From positions 1-27,453 of the forward strand of contig JAYZFK010000065.1 of NCBI GenBank assembly GCA_036336835.1: a DNA stretch of 27,453 bases, in the 5' to 3' direction. The notes beneath the pieces were generated by a model. It made no database searches and was not told the origin of the DNA. It saw only the letters and a program-made list of their open reading frames with translations. Positions 1 through 9,401 of this stretch are shown here, in pieces. The DNA is from Myxococcota bacterium (GTDB taxonomy: Bacteria > Myxococcota_A > UBA9160 > UBA4427). The position numbers and the translations under genes are program-made. Every line of letters begins with the position of its first letter. Position 1 is the stretch's first letter.

Positions 1-366
1 TCGGGGTGGCTACCGTTCTGGCTGTGGCGGATCGAGGAGCACCTCGAGATGTCGGGCTGGAGCGAGGCACCCGAGTGCAGCAAGTCGCCCCAGGAGTACT
101 TCCAGAACAACTGCTACATCACCACGGAGTGCGACGAACACCTCGTGTATCACGTGGTCGAAGAGCTCGGCGATGACAAGATCCTGTTCGAGACCGATTA
201 CCCGCACCCGGATTCGAAGTATCCGCACGCGGTCGAGACGTTTCTCGCTCAGAGCAAGCTCAGCGACGCCAGCAAGCGCAAGATCCTGTGGGACAATGCG
301 ATCGACTTCTATCGTTTCCCCGATGGCTACCTGCCCGACAAGTTCGAAGAGGCGGTCCCTGCGTGA
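1..366 (+). CDS. Amidohydrolase family 2 protein, C-terminal part (5' truncated by window)
   Basis: Frame is open from base 1 (SGWLPFWLWRIEEHLEM...). Carries the ILFETDYPHPD motif and the KRKILWDNAIDFY C-terminus typical of amidohydro_2 TIM-barrel enzymes. TGA at 364-366. Confidence 0.85.
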   Translation, partial: SGWLPFWLWRIEEHLEMSGWSEAPECSKSPQEYFQNNCYITTECDEHLVYHVVEELGDDKILFETDYPHPDSKYPHAVETFLAQSKLSDASKRKILWDNAIDFYRFPDGYLPDKFEEAVPA

Positions 367-367
367 T

Positions 368-1696
368 CTGAACGGGCGAGCCGGCTGGGCCCTCGCGCTG
401 CCCCTGGTGTTGGCCGCGTCCTGCGGCGCGCCGGAGCAGCCCGTGAGCTTCGTGCTGCTCTCTCTCGATACCCTGCGGGCAGATCGCCTGGGCTGCTACG
501 GCGACCCGCGCGCGCTCACGCCCACGCTCGACTCCGTGTGCCGGGAAGGCATCGCCTACCAGCACGCGATCGCGAACTCGCCCTGGACACTGCCCTCCCA
601 TGTCTCGATGCTCACGGGCCGCTACCCGCGCAACCACGGCGTCAAGAACGTCGGCAAGCAGATGGGGCGGGAGATCCCGGTGATCCCCGAGATCCTGGGG
701 CGCGCCGGCTACGCCACGGCGGCCAACATCGGCTCTCCCAAGCTCGGCCCGAAGTACGGGCTCGAGCGCGGCTTTCGCCACGGCTTCGACCACCGCCCCG
801 CCGCCGGGCGGGCCGCTCCACGCCAGGTCGAGCAATCGATTCGCTGGATGCGGGAGCGCACGCGAGCTGGCGAGCCCTTCTTCCTGTTCCTGCACAACTT
901 CGACGTCCACACCGACTACGACCCTGCGCCCGAGCATCGGAGCGCACTGGTCGAGCCGTACTCGGGCGAGCAGCGCGGCCGCGGGGCGCAGCTGCTGGCG
1001 CTGCGCACGGCACGGGAGTCGCTCGAGCCCGACGACATCCGTTTCCTGAGCCAGCTGTACGACGCAGGCATCCGCGAGCTCGACGCCGATCTCGCGCCGC
1101 TGTTCGGCTTCCTGCGGGAGCCTGCGATGGCCGCCAACACGGTCGTATTCATCACCTCGGACCACGGTGAGGAGTTCTATGAGCACGGCAGCGTGCTCCA
1201 CGGCGTGACGATGTACCGCGAGACGCTGCAAGTGCCGCTGATCATCTGGGGACGCGGCGTTCCGGCTGGCAAGCGCTCATCCGAGCTGGTGCAGCTGAGC
1301 GATCTGCTCCCCACGATGCTCGCGCTCGCGGGCATCGCGCCGCCGCCCGGAGTCGACGGCCGCTCGCTGGTCCCGACCTGGAGCGGCGGCACGCTCGGAC
1401 CGCGCTTCGCGTTCGCCGAGGCCGACTGGCGCGGCGAGCAGCTCGACACCTTCCGCATGGTGCGCGACGCGGACACCAAGCTGATCTACAACCGACTCAC
1501 GGAGGCGGTAGAGCTCTACGACCTGGAGCGCGATCCGTTCGAGCAACACGACATCTCGCAGTCCGATCCGCAGCGGGTCGCGCGTCTGATGGAGCCCTTG
1601 CGCGCCTATCTCGAGGACGAGCAGATCGCACCCGATCGCCCGCCGCTGAGCGAGGAGGAGATCGAAACGCTGCGCGAGCTCGGCTACCTCGAGTAG
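368..1696 (+). CDS. Sulfatase-like (alkaline phosphatase superfamily) hydrolase, probable lipoprotein; start uncertain
   Basis: Motifs SLDTLRAD, SPWTLPSHVSMLTG, HNFDVH, ITSDHGE, VPLII, ELYDL..DPFE and a C-terminal LRELGY. A hydrophobic stretch with lipobox-like LAASC lies just after the upstream stop. The ORF-track start at 173 overlaps the upstream gene and looks spurious; CTG at 368 is a guess. Confidence 0.8.
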   Translation: MNGRAGWALALPLVLAASCGAPEQPVSFVLLSLDTLRADRLGCYGDPRALTPTLDSVCREGIAYQHAIANSPWTLPSHVSMLTGRYPRNHGVKNVGKQMGREIPVIPEILGRAGYATAANIGSPKLGPKYGLERGFRHGFDHRPAAGRAAPRQVEQSIRWMRERTRAGEPFFLFLHNFDVHTDYDPAPEHRSALVEPYSGEQRGRGAQLLALRTARESLEPDDIRFLSQLYDAGIRELDADLAPLFGFLREPAMAANTVVFITSDHGEEFYEHGSVLHGVTMYRETLQVPLIIWGRGVPAGKRSSELVQLSDLLPTMLALAGIAPPPGVDGRSLVPTWSGGTLGPRFAFAEADWRGEQLDTFRMVRDADTKLIYNRLTEAVELYDLERDPFEQHDISQSDPQRVARLMEPLRAYLEDEQIAPDRPPLSEEEIETLRELGYLE

Positions 1697-1702
1697 CGGC
1701 GC

Positions 1703-3505
1703 TCAGCCGGCGGCGCGCAGCCGCTCCTCGAGTGCGTCGAGCTGCGCCGTCAGCGCAGCCGGCAGCTTCGAGCCGAATCGCGCGTAGTACTCGCGGATCA
1801 GCGGAACCTCGGCGAGCCAGCCCTCGACGTCCACATCGAGCAGCTCCGCCACGTCGGCCTCGTCGAGCGACAGACCCGCGAGATCGATCTCGCCCGGTGC
1901 CGGCACGGTGCCGATCGGCGTTGCCCGACCCTCGGTCTTGCCGCTCACTCGCTCGAAGATCCACTTGAGCACGCGACCGTTGTCGCCGAAGCCGGGCCAC
2001 AGGAAGTCGCCCCCGACACTCTTGCGGAACCAGTTCACATAGTAGATGCGCGGCAGGCGGGCGCCCTGCCTCGCGCCCATCTCGAGCCAGTGGCCCCAGT
2101 AGTCGGCCATGTTGTATCCGCAGAAGGGAAGCATGGCCATCGGGTCGCGGCGCAGCTCGCCGACCTTGCCGGCGGCGGCCGCGGTCTTCTCGCTCGAGAT
2201 GATCGAGCCGAGGAAGGTGCCGTGCTCCCAGTCGAGGCTCTCGTGCACCAGCGGCACCACCGTCGCGCGCCGCCCACCGAACAGAACCGCCGAGATCGGC
2301 ACGCCGTCCGGGTCTTCCCACTCGGGGGCGATCACCGGGCACTGGCTCGCCGGCGCGGTGAAGCGCGCATTCGGGTGGGCCGCCGGCGTCTCGCTGTCGG
2401 GGGTCCAGTCGTTGCCGCGCCAGTCGACCAGGTGCTCCGGCGTCTCGCCGATGCCCTCCCACCAGATGTCGCCGTCGTCCGTCCGGGCGACGTTGGTGAA
2501 GATGCAGTTCTCGTTCAGGCCGCGCATGGCGTTCGGATTGGAGTCCATGCCCGTGCCCGGAGCCACGCCGAAGAAGCCCGCCTCGGGGTTGATCGCATAG
2601 AGCTGGCCGTCTTCGCCGAATTTCATCCAGCAGATGTCGTCGCCGACCGTCTCGACCTTCCAGCCCGCAATCGTGGGCTCGAGCATCGCGAGGTTGGTCT
2701 TGCCGCAGGCGCTCGGGAAGGCGGCAGCCAGATACTTCACCTCGCCCCGCGGCGACGTGAGCTTCAGGATCAGCATGTGCTCGGCCATCCAACCCTCGTC
2801 GCGCGCCATGGTCGAGGCGATGCGCAGCGCAAAGCACTTCTTGCCGAGCAGGGCGTTGCCCCCGTAGCCGGAGCCGTAGCTCCAGATTTCGCGGGTCTCC
2901 GGGAAGTGCACGATGTACTTGTTCTCGCCATCGCACGGCCAGGCGAGGTCGCTCTGGCCTTCTTCGAGCGGATGCCCCACAGAGTGCAGGCACGGCACGA
3001 AGGCACCGTCGTCGCCCAATACCTCGAGCACCTTCGCCCCCATCCGCGTCATGGTGCGCATGTTCACCACCACGTAGGGAGAGTCCGAGAGCTGCACTCC
3101 AATGTGTGCGATGTGCGAGCCCAGCGGCCCCATGCTGAAGGGGATCACGTACATCGTCCGACCGCGCATCGATCCCTCGAACAGCCCGGCGAGCGTCGTG
3201 CGCATCTCCTCCGGGTCGCGCCAGTTGTTAGTCGGCCCGGCGTCCTCTTCGCTCTCGCAGCAGATGAAGGTGCGATCCTCGACTCGCGCGACATCCGCCG
3301 GATCCGAGAGCACCAGGTAGCTGTTCTTCCGCTTCGCGGGGTTCAACCGCTGGGCGGTCCCACTCGCGACCAACAGGTCGAACATCTCGTCGTACTCGGC
3401 TTGGGAGCCATCGCACCAGCGGATGTCGCTCGGCTGGGTGAGCTCGGCGGTCTGCTGGACCCAGGACAGCAGCTTCGCGTTCTTCGTCGGCGCTTCGAAC
3501 GTCAT
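1703..3505 (-). CDS. pckG: Phosphoenolpyruvate carboxykinase (GTP)
   Basis: Motifs [60 protein letters not shown] and VNWFRK. GGAG RBS upstream of the ATG. Confidence 0.97.
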   Translation of the reverse strand: MTFEAPTKNAKLLSWVQQTAELTQPSDIRWCDGSQAEYDEMFDLLVASGTAQRLNPAKRKNSYLVLSDPADVARVEDRTFICCESEEDAGPTNNWRDPEEMRTTLAGLFEGSMRGRTMYVIPFSMGPLGSHIAHIGVQLSDSPYVVVNMRTMTRMGAKVLEVLGDDGAFVPCLHSVGHPLEEGQSDLAWPCDGENKYIVHFPETREIWSYGSGYGGNALLGKKCFALRIASTMARDEGWMAEHMLILKLTSPRGEVKYLAAAFPSACGKTNLAMLEPTIAGWKVETVGDDICWMKFGEDGQLYAINPEAGFFGVAPGTGMDSNPNAMRGLNENCIFTNVARTDDGDIWWEGIGETPEHLVDWRGNDWTPDSETPAAHPNARFTAPASQCPVIAPEWEDPDGVPISAVLFGGRRATVVPLVHESLDWEHGTFLGSIISSEKTAAAAGKVGELRRDPMAMLPFCGYNMADYWGHWLEMGARQGARLPRIYYVNWFRKSVGGDFLWPGFGDNGRVLKWIFERVSGKTEGRATPIGTVPAPGEIDLAGLSLDEADVAELLDVDVEGWLAEVPLIREYYARFGSKLPAALTAQLDALEERLRAAG

Positions 3506-3720
3506 GAAGGAAATCTCCCGGAACGAGCAGGTCTGGACGTTGTTGGGTGGCCTGCGGGCCAGTGACGGTGCTGCCTCGATTGCCGCCGGGCGAGCAAGCC
3601 CGTCCCAGGGCGAGGGCTACGAGCATGACACACGCAACCCCGAGTAGCGTGTAGCAATTGGTTGCAGGCGGCTACACTCGCCCGACCGTGGGTGGCCTCC
3701 AACTACTCAGCCTACCGCTG

Positions 3721-4896
3721 ATGAGCATCGGCAGCCTGCTCAGCGAGAGCTGGAGCGCGCTGCGTGGCGAGGCGAGCCACAGCGAGGTCCCACCGCTCGA
3801 TCCCTCGCTCGGCGCCATCTTCGAGGCGGTGCTCGACCGCAGCTTCACGCTGGGCCTGAACCTGATGACGGGCGTGCCCAACCCGTCCGAGGTCCGGCAC
3901 GCCCACGAGACGATGCGCCGCGCCGCGGGCACGATCGAGACTCGTGGCTGGCTCGCCGACCCCGCCAGCTTCCACCGCAAGCCGCCCCGGCTCGAGCAGG
4001 TCGAGGAGACCGAGCACACCGCCTTCCAGCTCTCCCGCCGCGTCGGCTACCGGCAGCTCCGCTTCGAGAGCGGCTACCGGGCCCATTGGGAACTCGAGGG
4101 CGATCGCTGGCACGAGTTCACCAGCAACCGCGACGGCTACGCATACGTGCTGGAGCACGAGGAGTATCCGGATCGCCCCTGGCTCGTGTGCGTCCACGGG
4201 TTTGCGATGGGCGACCCGATGTCCAACTTCGTCGCCTTCAACGCCCACCGCCTCCACCACGAGCTCGGACTCAATCTGCTGATGCCCGTGCTACCGCTCC
4301 ACGGGCCCCGCGCGGGCGGGCGCACCAGCGGCGGCGAGATCATGTCGGCCGACTTCGTCAACATGATCCACTTCTTCGCCCAGGCGCTGTGGGACATCCG
4401 CCGGCTGATCTCATGGCTGCGACGCTCCGGGGCGAGCCAGATCGGGCTCTGGGGCATCTCGATGGGCGGCTACACCTCGGCGCTCGTCTCGGGATTCGAG
4501 GGCGATCTCGAGTGCGTCATCGCAGGCATCCCACCGACGGATTTCCCGAACGTCGCGCGCGACAACCAGCCCTGGATCATGCGCAGCTACGAGCACGAGA
4601 TGGCCACCGACTGGGAGACGGTGCGCAAGATCATGCACGTGGTCTCGCCGCTGACGTTCGATCCCGTGGTGCCGAAGGACCGCCGCTTCATCTACGCCGG
4701 AATCGCCGACCGGGTGGTGCGGCCGGATCAGGCCCGGGCGCTGTGGCGCCGCTGGGCCCAGCCGGAGATCCGGTGGTTCTCGGGTGGCCACGTGACCATG
4801 CAGATGCGCAGCGGCGTACTCGATTTCGTCGAGGACGCACTGTGCGCCTCGGGGATGCTGCCGAGGCTCGACGACGACCAGGCGTCTGGCTCCTAG
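3721..4896 (+). CDS. Alpha/beta hydrolase (esterase/lipase-like)
   Basis: VCVHG oxyanion region, nucleophile elbow GISMGG, candidate acid ADRVV and His in GGHV. ATG at 3721 preferred over TTG at 3658. Confidence 0.8.
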   Translation: MSIGSLLSESWSALRGEASHSEVPPLDPSLGAIFEAVLDRSFTLGLNLMTGVPNPSEVRHAHETMRRAAGTIETRGWLADPASFHRKPPRLEQVEETEHTAFQLSRRVGYRQLRFESGYRAHWELEGDRWHEFTSNRDGYAYVLEHEEYPDRPWLVCVHGFAMGDPMSNFVAFNAHRLHHELGLNLLMPVLPLHGPRAGGRTSGGEIMSADFVNMIHFFAQALWDIRRLISWLRRSGASQIGLWGISMGGYTSALVSGFEGDLECVIAGIPPTDFPNVARDNQPWIMRSYEHEMATDWETVRKIMHVVSPLTFDPVVPKDRRFIYAGIADRVVRPDQARALWRRWAQPEIRWFSGGHVTMQMRSGVLDFVEDALCASGMLPRLDDDQASGS

Positions 4897-6317
4897 CCCT
4901 CGACGGCGGCCAGCCTCCGGCGGCGCCGTCTGACCTGAGAGAGCTCGTCGAGCGCATGAACCATCGCCGAACCGAGCTTCGCCACGTCGGGCACCAGGTC
5001 GTAGTCGGCGTTGATCCCGATGCACAGCTTGCCGTCGTAGCTGATCGCGCTGACCGACACGCCCTGCTCCCCGCGCAGCGGCGCACTGCCATACGCCTCG
5101 CCGAGCTTCGCCCCCAGGAAGTAGAGCGGATCCTGTGATCCCGGCAGGTTCACCAGCGACAGATTCACCGGCGTGTGGGTCGACAGCGAGCGCGCCGCCA
5201 GGGTCAGCAGCCGCGAGCCGCTCCACTTGGCCACCGAGAACAGCGACCGCGCGCCGAGCGCGGGGTCGGACTCATAGGCTGCTCGCGTGCGCTCGCGGAT
5301 CATGTCGATCATCTGCGCCGGGTCGTCCTGCCAGACGGGCAGCTCGATGACCCACTCGTGGACCTCCTCGCGCCCGGGGTCGGCCGGCACCTGGACGGGC
5401 GTCGACACCCGCAGGTCGAGCGAAGCCGGATGGACGAGCTGGGCCTGCAGGAAGCTCCGCAGCGCCCGACACAGGACCGCGAGCACTGCATCGTGCACAG
5501 TGCAGTCGAAGGCGCGGTGGATCGCTGTCACGCGATCGAGCGGCAGCACCACGTCGTCGAAGCGGCGGTGCGGACCGAGGCGTCCGTTGATCGGCGTGGC
5601 ACGCGGGCGAACCACCGAGTAGCCGAACAGCTTCGCGGCGGCATCGAAGCGCTTGGCGAGCTCGGCGCGCAGCCCGCCCGAGTCGCGCGCCATCGCCTGC
5701 ACGCGGCCGAAGAGCTGGCGCGGCAGGCTGAAACGGCGGAACACCTCGTCGCGAACCAGCTCGAGGCCCGAGGGCATCGGCCGCGTCGAGAGCGGCGGCG
5801 GCTCGCCGAGATCGTCGTCGGGCCTGGTGGACAGCATCGTCTGGAACAGGTCTGCGCCGGAGTCGCTCTCGACCATGCAGTTGTGAACCTTGCAGATCAG
5901 CGCGAAGCGGCCCCCTTCGAGCCCCTCGACCACCCAGCATTCCCACATCGGTCGCGAGCGGTGCAGTCGCGACGACATCAACCGTGCGATGAGCTTGCGG
6001 AGCTGCACCGAACCACCCGGATGGGGCAGCGAGGTGTGGCGGACGTGGTAGTCGAGGTTGAACTCGGCGTCGTCGACCCACACGGGGTAGTTCTCGTAGG
6101 GGATCCACTTGAGCCGCTGGCGGAAGCGGGGCGTCAGGTGCAGCCGCGCCTCGATGCCTCGCGCGATGCGGTCGAAATCGATACCGCCACCCGCGGCCTC
6201 CAGCGGACCTGCCTCGAACAGCAGGATCGACAAGGTATGGGTGAATGACCTCGCACCCTCCACCAGCAGATGGGACGCGCTCTCCGCGCTCAGCCGCTCG
6301 TAGTGGTACCGGCTCAC
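4893..6317 (-). CDS. Wax ester synthase/diacylglycerol acyltransferase (WS/DGAT) family protein with degenerate active-site motif
   Basis: Family blocks PRFRQRL, PVWVDDAEFNLDYHVR, LHRSRPMWECWVVEGL, TPING....RR, NLPG...PLY and ISYDGKLCIG. HHxxxDG reads HNCMVES. AAGGA RBS before the GTG. Confidence 0.88.
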   Translation of the reverse strand: MSRYHYERLSAESASHLLVEGARSFTHTLSILLFEAGPLEAAGGGIDFDRIARGIEARLHLTPRFRQRLKWIPYENYPVWVDDAEFNLDYHVRHTSLPHPGGSVQLRKLIARLMSSRLHRSRPMWECWVVEGLEGGRFALICKVHNCMVESDSGADLFQTMLSTRPDDDLGEPPPLSTRPMPSGLELVRDEVFRRFSLPRQLFGRVQAMARDSGGLRAELAKRFDAAAKLFGYSVVRPRATPINGRLGPHRRFDDVVLPLDRVTAIHRAFDCTVHDAVLAVLCRALRSFLQAQLVHPASLDLRVSTPVQVPADPGREEVHEWVIELPVWQDDPAQMIDMIRERTRAAYESDPALGARSLFSVAKWSGSRLLTLAARSLSTHTPVNLSLVNLPGSQDPLYFLGAKLGEAYGSAPLRGEQGVSVSAISYDGKLCIGINADYDLVPDVAKLGSAMVHALDELSQVRRRRRRLAAVEG

Positions 6318-6462
6318 TCACTCGTCCTTCGCACGTGCAGGCTGTCGAGTCGCGGAACGCACGTGATCCACCCCCGGACGATCCTACCGCAACCCAGTGT
6401 CTTTAAAAAAAACGGCAACTTGCACCGGTTCGTGCTAGCAACTCCGAGAATCACTCACTGGG

Positions 6463-7410
6463 GTGGATTTGCAACGCAGCGGTCGGCGCTGGGATGACGA
6501 GTCCGTTGGGCGGCTTCCGCCAGGACGCCAGGTCGAGGTGCCGGGCCGCGGAAGCTTCTTCGTCCGCGATGCGCCGGGGCCCCCGGGCGCAGCAACCCTG
6601 GTACTGATTCACGGCTGGCTCGCGACCAGCGGCCTCAACTGGTTCCGCGTGTTCGAGCCGCTCTCGAGGCACTTCCGGGTGATCGCACCCGACTTGCGGG
6701 GCCACGGCCGCGGGCTCAAGAGCTGGCGGCGTTTCCGGCTCGAGGACTGCGCCGACGACGTCGCGGCGATCCTGCGCCGGCTGGCAGCGGGGTCGGCGGT
6801 CGTGGTCGGCTACTCGATGGGGGGGCCGATTGCGCAGCTGATGTGGAGACGCCACTCGCCGCTCGTCGACGGGCTGGTGCTGTGCGCGACGAGCGACAAG
6901 CTCACCCCCGGGCGCACCGAGCGCCTCGCGCTGAGCTCGATCGCGATGGCCCTGGCGGGCACCACTCGCCTCGGGTCGATACCGGCGGCACTCCCGCGCT
7001 GGCTCGCGCGGCGCGTCCTGCCGACCGAGCGCGCCGATTCCCAGCTCGGCCGCTCGCGCTGGGCCGCCAGCGAGATGCGCGGCCACCACGTCCGGATGGT
7101 GATCGAGGCCGGCTATGCGATCTCACAATACGACGCGACGGGCTGGACCCCGTCGATCGAGGTGCCGACCGCAGTCGTGATGACGCTCCACGACCGGGCG
7201 GTGCTCGAGCGCTCACAGCGCCAGATGGCCGGTCGCATCCCCACCGCCCGCGTGTTTCCAGTGGCCGATGGCCACGTGACCTGCTCGTCCGAGAAGTTCG
7301 CGCAGCCGCTGCTGGCCGCGTGCCTGGACGTCGCCTCGCGAGCAGAGAGCGCGCCCAGAGCCGCGCGTCGTGCTCAGACGCAGTCCGCAGCCCCCCCGTC
7401 GATGCGATAG
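6463..7410 (+). CDS. Alpha/beta hydrolase
   Basis: Motifs VLIHGW, APDLRGHG, GYSMGG nucleophile, LHDRAV acid and DGHV His. Confidence 0.85.
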   Translation: MDLQRSGRRWDDESVGRLPPGRQVEVPGRGSFFVRDAPGPPGAATLVLIHGWLATSGLNWFRVFEPLSRHFRVIAPDLRGHGRGLKSWRRFRLEDCADDVAAILRRLAAGSAVVVGYSMGGPIAQLMWRRHSPLVDGLVLCATSDKLTPGRTERLALSSIAMALAGTTRLGSIPAALPRWLARRVLPTERADSQLGRSRWAASEMRGHHVRMVIEAGYAISQYDATGWTPSIEVPTAVVMTLHDRAVLERSQRQMAGRIPTARVFPVADGHVTCSSEKFAQPLLAACLDVASRAESAPRAARRAQTQSAAPPSMR

Positions 7411-8171
7411 TCCGCACCGTTGATGTAGGCCGCCCTGTCGCTGGCGAGGAAGGCGACGAGGTGGCCCACGTCTTCGACGTCACCGATCCGGCCGCTCGGG
7501 TTGGGCATGAAGTCGCTCGCGGCCGCGCGCTGGATCTCCTCCCAGCTGGTGCCCCAGCCCTCCTTCTCGGCGCGGCGCTCGAGGCTCGCGCGCACCTCGG
7601 CGGTGGCGATGATGCCCGGGCTGATGGTGTTGACGGTGATGCCGGTGCCGGCCAACTCCTTGGCGAGGCTGACGGCCATGTTCGCAAGGCTCGCCTTGGA
7701 GGCGTAGTAGCCCGGCATCTGCGCGCGTGGGCGTACGCTTCCCACGGTCGAGAGGAACAGCACCCTGCCCGCCCCGCGCTGCTTGATCGAGGGCACCAGC
7801 AGCCGGACCATGCGCGCGGCCGAGAGCACGTTGGTCTCCCACATTCCGTTCCAGTCCTGGCTCGAGCCGTCGAACCAGCCGCCGCCCTCCGCACGGCCAA
7901 AGTTGTTCACCAGGATGTCGATGCCACCGGCGCCGAGCACCGCGTCGGCGACGGCGCGCGCTCCAGCGTCGCTGCGCACGTCGCCGCTGACGCCTTCCAC
8001 ATCGCCCCCCGCCGAGCGCAGCTCCTCGACGACCGGGTCCGCCTGTCCCTCGCCGAGACCGTGGACGAACACGCGGACGCCCTCGCGCACCAGCACGCGC
8101 GCAATGCCGGCGCCGGTGCCGCGGTAGCTGCCAGTAATCAGTGCGCTCCTGCCTTCGAGTCCGAGATCCAT
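7374..8171 (-). CDS. Short-chain dehydrogenase/reductase (SDR)
   Basis: Starts MDLGLEGRSALITGSYRGTG. Also DILVNN, catalytic YYASK, NTISPG and IDGG. ATG at 8171 has a purine-rich RBS; the ORF-track start at 8342 overlaps the divergent gene. Confidence 0.9.
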   Translation of the reverse strand: MDLGLEGRSALITGSYRGTGAGIARVLVREGVRVFVHGLGEGQADPVVEELRSAGGDVEGVSGDVRSDAGARAVADAVLGAGGIDILVNNFGRAEGGGWFDGSSQDWNGMWETNVLSAARMVRLLVPSIKQRGAGRVLFLSTVGSVRPRAQMPGYYASKASLANMAVSLAKELAGTGITVNTISPGIIATAEVRASLERRAEKEGWGTSWEEIQRAAASDFMPNPSGRIGDVEDVGHLVAFLASDRAAYINGADYRIDGGAADCV

Positions 8172-8289
8172 CGGGTGTCCCTCCCCTTCGCTTGCGGATC
8201 GGCCGAGCGCCAGCGTATCCCCCCGATCCCTGCTTGTCCTTGTCGGTCTCGAAGCGCGGCGGGTAGACTGCGGCGCCACGGGAGGCCCC

Positions 8290-9399
8290 ATGTCCGACGA
8301 GCGGATCATTTCGTCCGACGACCACGTGAACCCACCGCCCACGATCTATGCCGAGCGGCTGCCGCGCGAGTTCCGCGAGCAGGCACCGCGCGTCGAGCGG
8401 CGCGGCGGTCACGAGGTGGTCGTGTTCGAGGGAGTGGAGCAGCGGATCTACCTGCTCTCCGCCAGCGCGGGCATCGATGCACCGGACATCGAGGCCCTCG
8501 CCAAGACGAAGGAAGACGGCCGCAAGGGCGGCTGGGACCCGACGGCTCGCCTCGAGGACATGGATTTCGACGGAGTCGACGCCCAGGTGCTGTTCGGCAG
8601 CGGGGACGGCGGCGGCATCGAGCTGAGCGCGCGGCATCGCCCGCTGCGTTTCGCAATGATGCAGGTCTACAACGACTGGCTCTCGGAGTTCTGCCAGAGC
8701 AAGCCCTCGCGACTACTCGGCATCGGCGAGATCCCGGTCTGGGATCTCGACCTCGCTCTGCAGGAGACCAAGCGCTGCGCGGACCTCGGGCTGCGCGGTG
8801 TGTTGATCCCGGCCATTCCCGCCTACGCCGACTCGCCGGCTGGCGACAAGCCGTACACCGACCCGGCGTACGAGCCGCTCTGGGACGCGCTCGAGGACAT
8901 GAATCTCGCCGTGCACTTCCATCTCGGGACGCTGCCGCTGACCCGCGGGCTGCGACAGGAGCTGATGGTCTTCATCTCGGTGAACAAGTCGATGATGTCG
9001 GAGCCGATCGCGAGCTTCATCTTCTCGGGCGTCCTGCAGCGACACCCCGAGCTGCGGATCGTCTCGGTCGAGAGCGGGATCGGCTGGATGGCGTTCCTCA
9101 TCCCCTGGATGGACGCGACATTCCACAAGCACCGCTACCACCTCGACTCACCGCTCAGCGAGCCGCCCAGCTTCTACTTCCACCGCCAGGTGTACGGCAC
9201 GTTCATCGACGACGAGGTGGGAGTCCGCAATCGCGACATCATAGGAGTCGACAACATCATGTGGTCGAGCGACTACCCTCACGTGAACAGCAGCTGGCCT
9301 CGCTCGCGCGAATCGATCGAGCGTCACTTCGCGGGGGTTCCTGCAGAGGATCGGCGCAAGATGGTGTGTGACAACGTCGCCCGGCTGTACGGGCTGTAA
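8290..9399 (+). CDS. Amidohydrolase family 2 protein
   Basis: Motifs ISSDDHV, RLEDMDFDGVDAQVLF, YNDWLSEFC, HFH, VESGIGW and WSSDYPH. GGAGG RBS. Confidence 0.9.
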   Translation: MSDERIISSDDHVNPPPTIYAERLPREFREQAPRVERRGGHEVVVFEGVEQRIYLLSASAGIDAPDIEALAKTKEDGRKGGWDPTARLEDMDFDGVDAQVLFGSGDGGGIELSARHRPLRFAMMQVYNDWLSEFCQSKPSRLLGIGEIPVWDLDLALQETKRCADLGLRGVLIPAIPAYADSPAGDKPYTDPAYEPLWDALEDMNLAVHFHLGTLPLTRGLRQELMVFISVNKSMMSEPIASFIFSGVLQRHPELRIVSVESGIGWMAFLIPWMDATFHKHRYHLDSPLSEPPSFYFHRQVYGTFIDDEVGVRNRDIIGVDNIMWSSDYPHVNSSWPRSRESIERHFAGVPAEDRRKMVCDNVARLYGL

Positions 9400-9401
9400 C
9401 G

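Noticed and set aside
6843..9371. 842-aa ORF and other long overlapping ORFs (e.g. 16244..18541, 13941..16157, 16200..18332, 19057..20949)
   Set aside because: Shadow frames of well-supported genes in high-GC DNA, with biased composition and no recognisable motifs.
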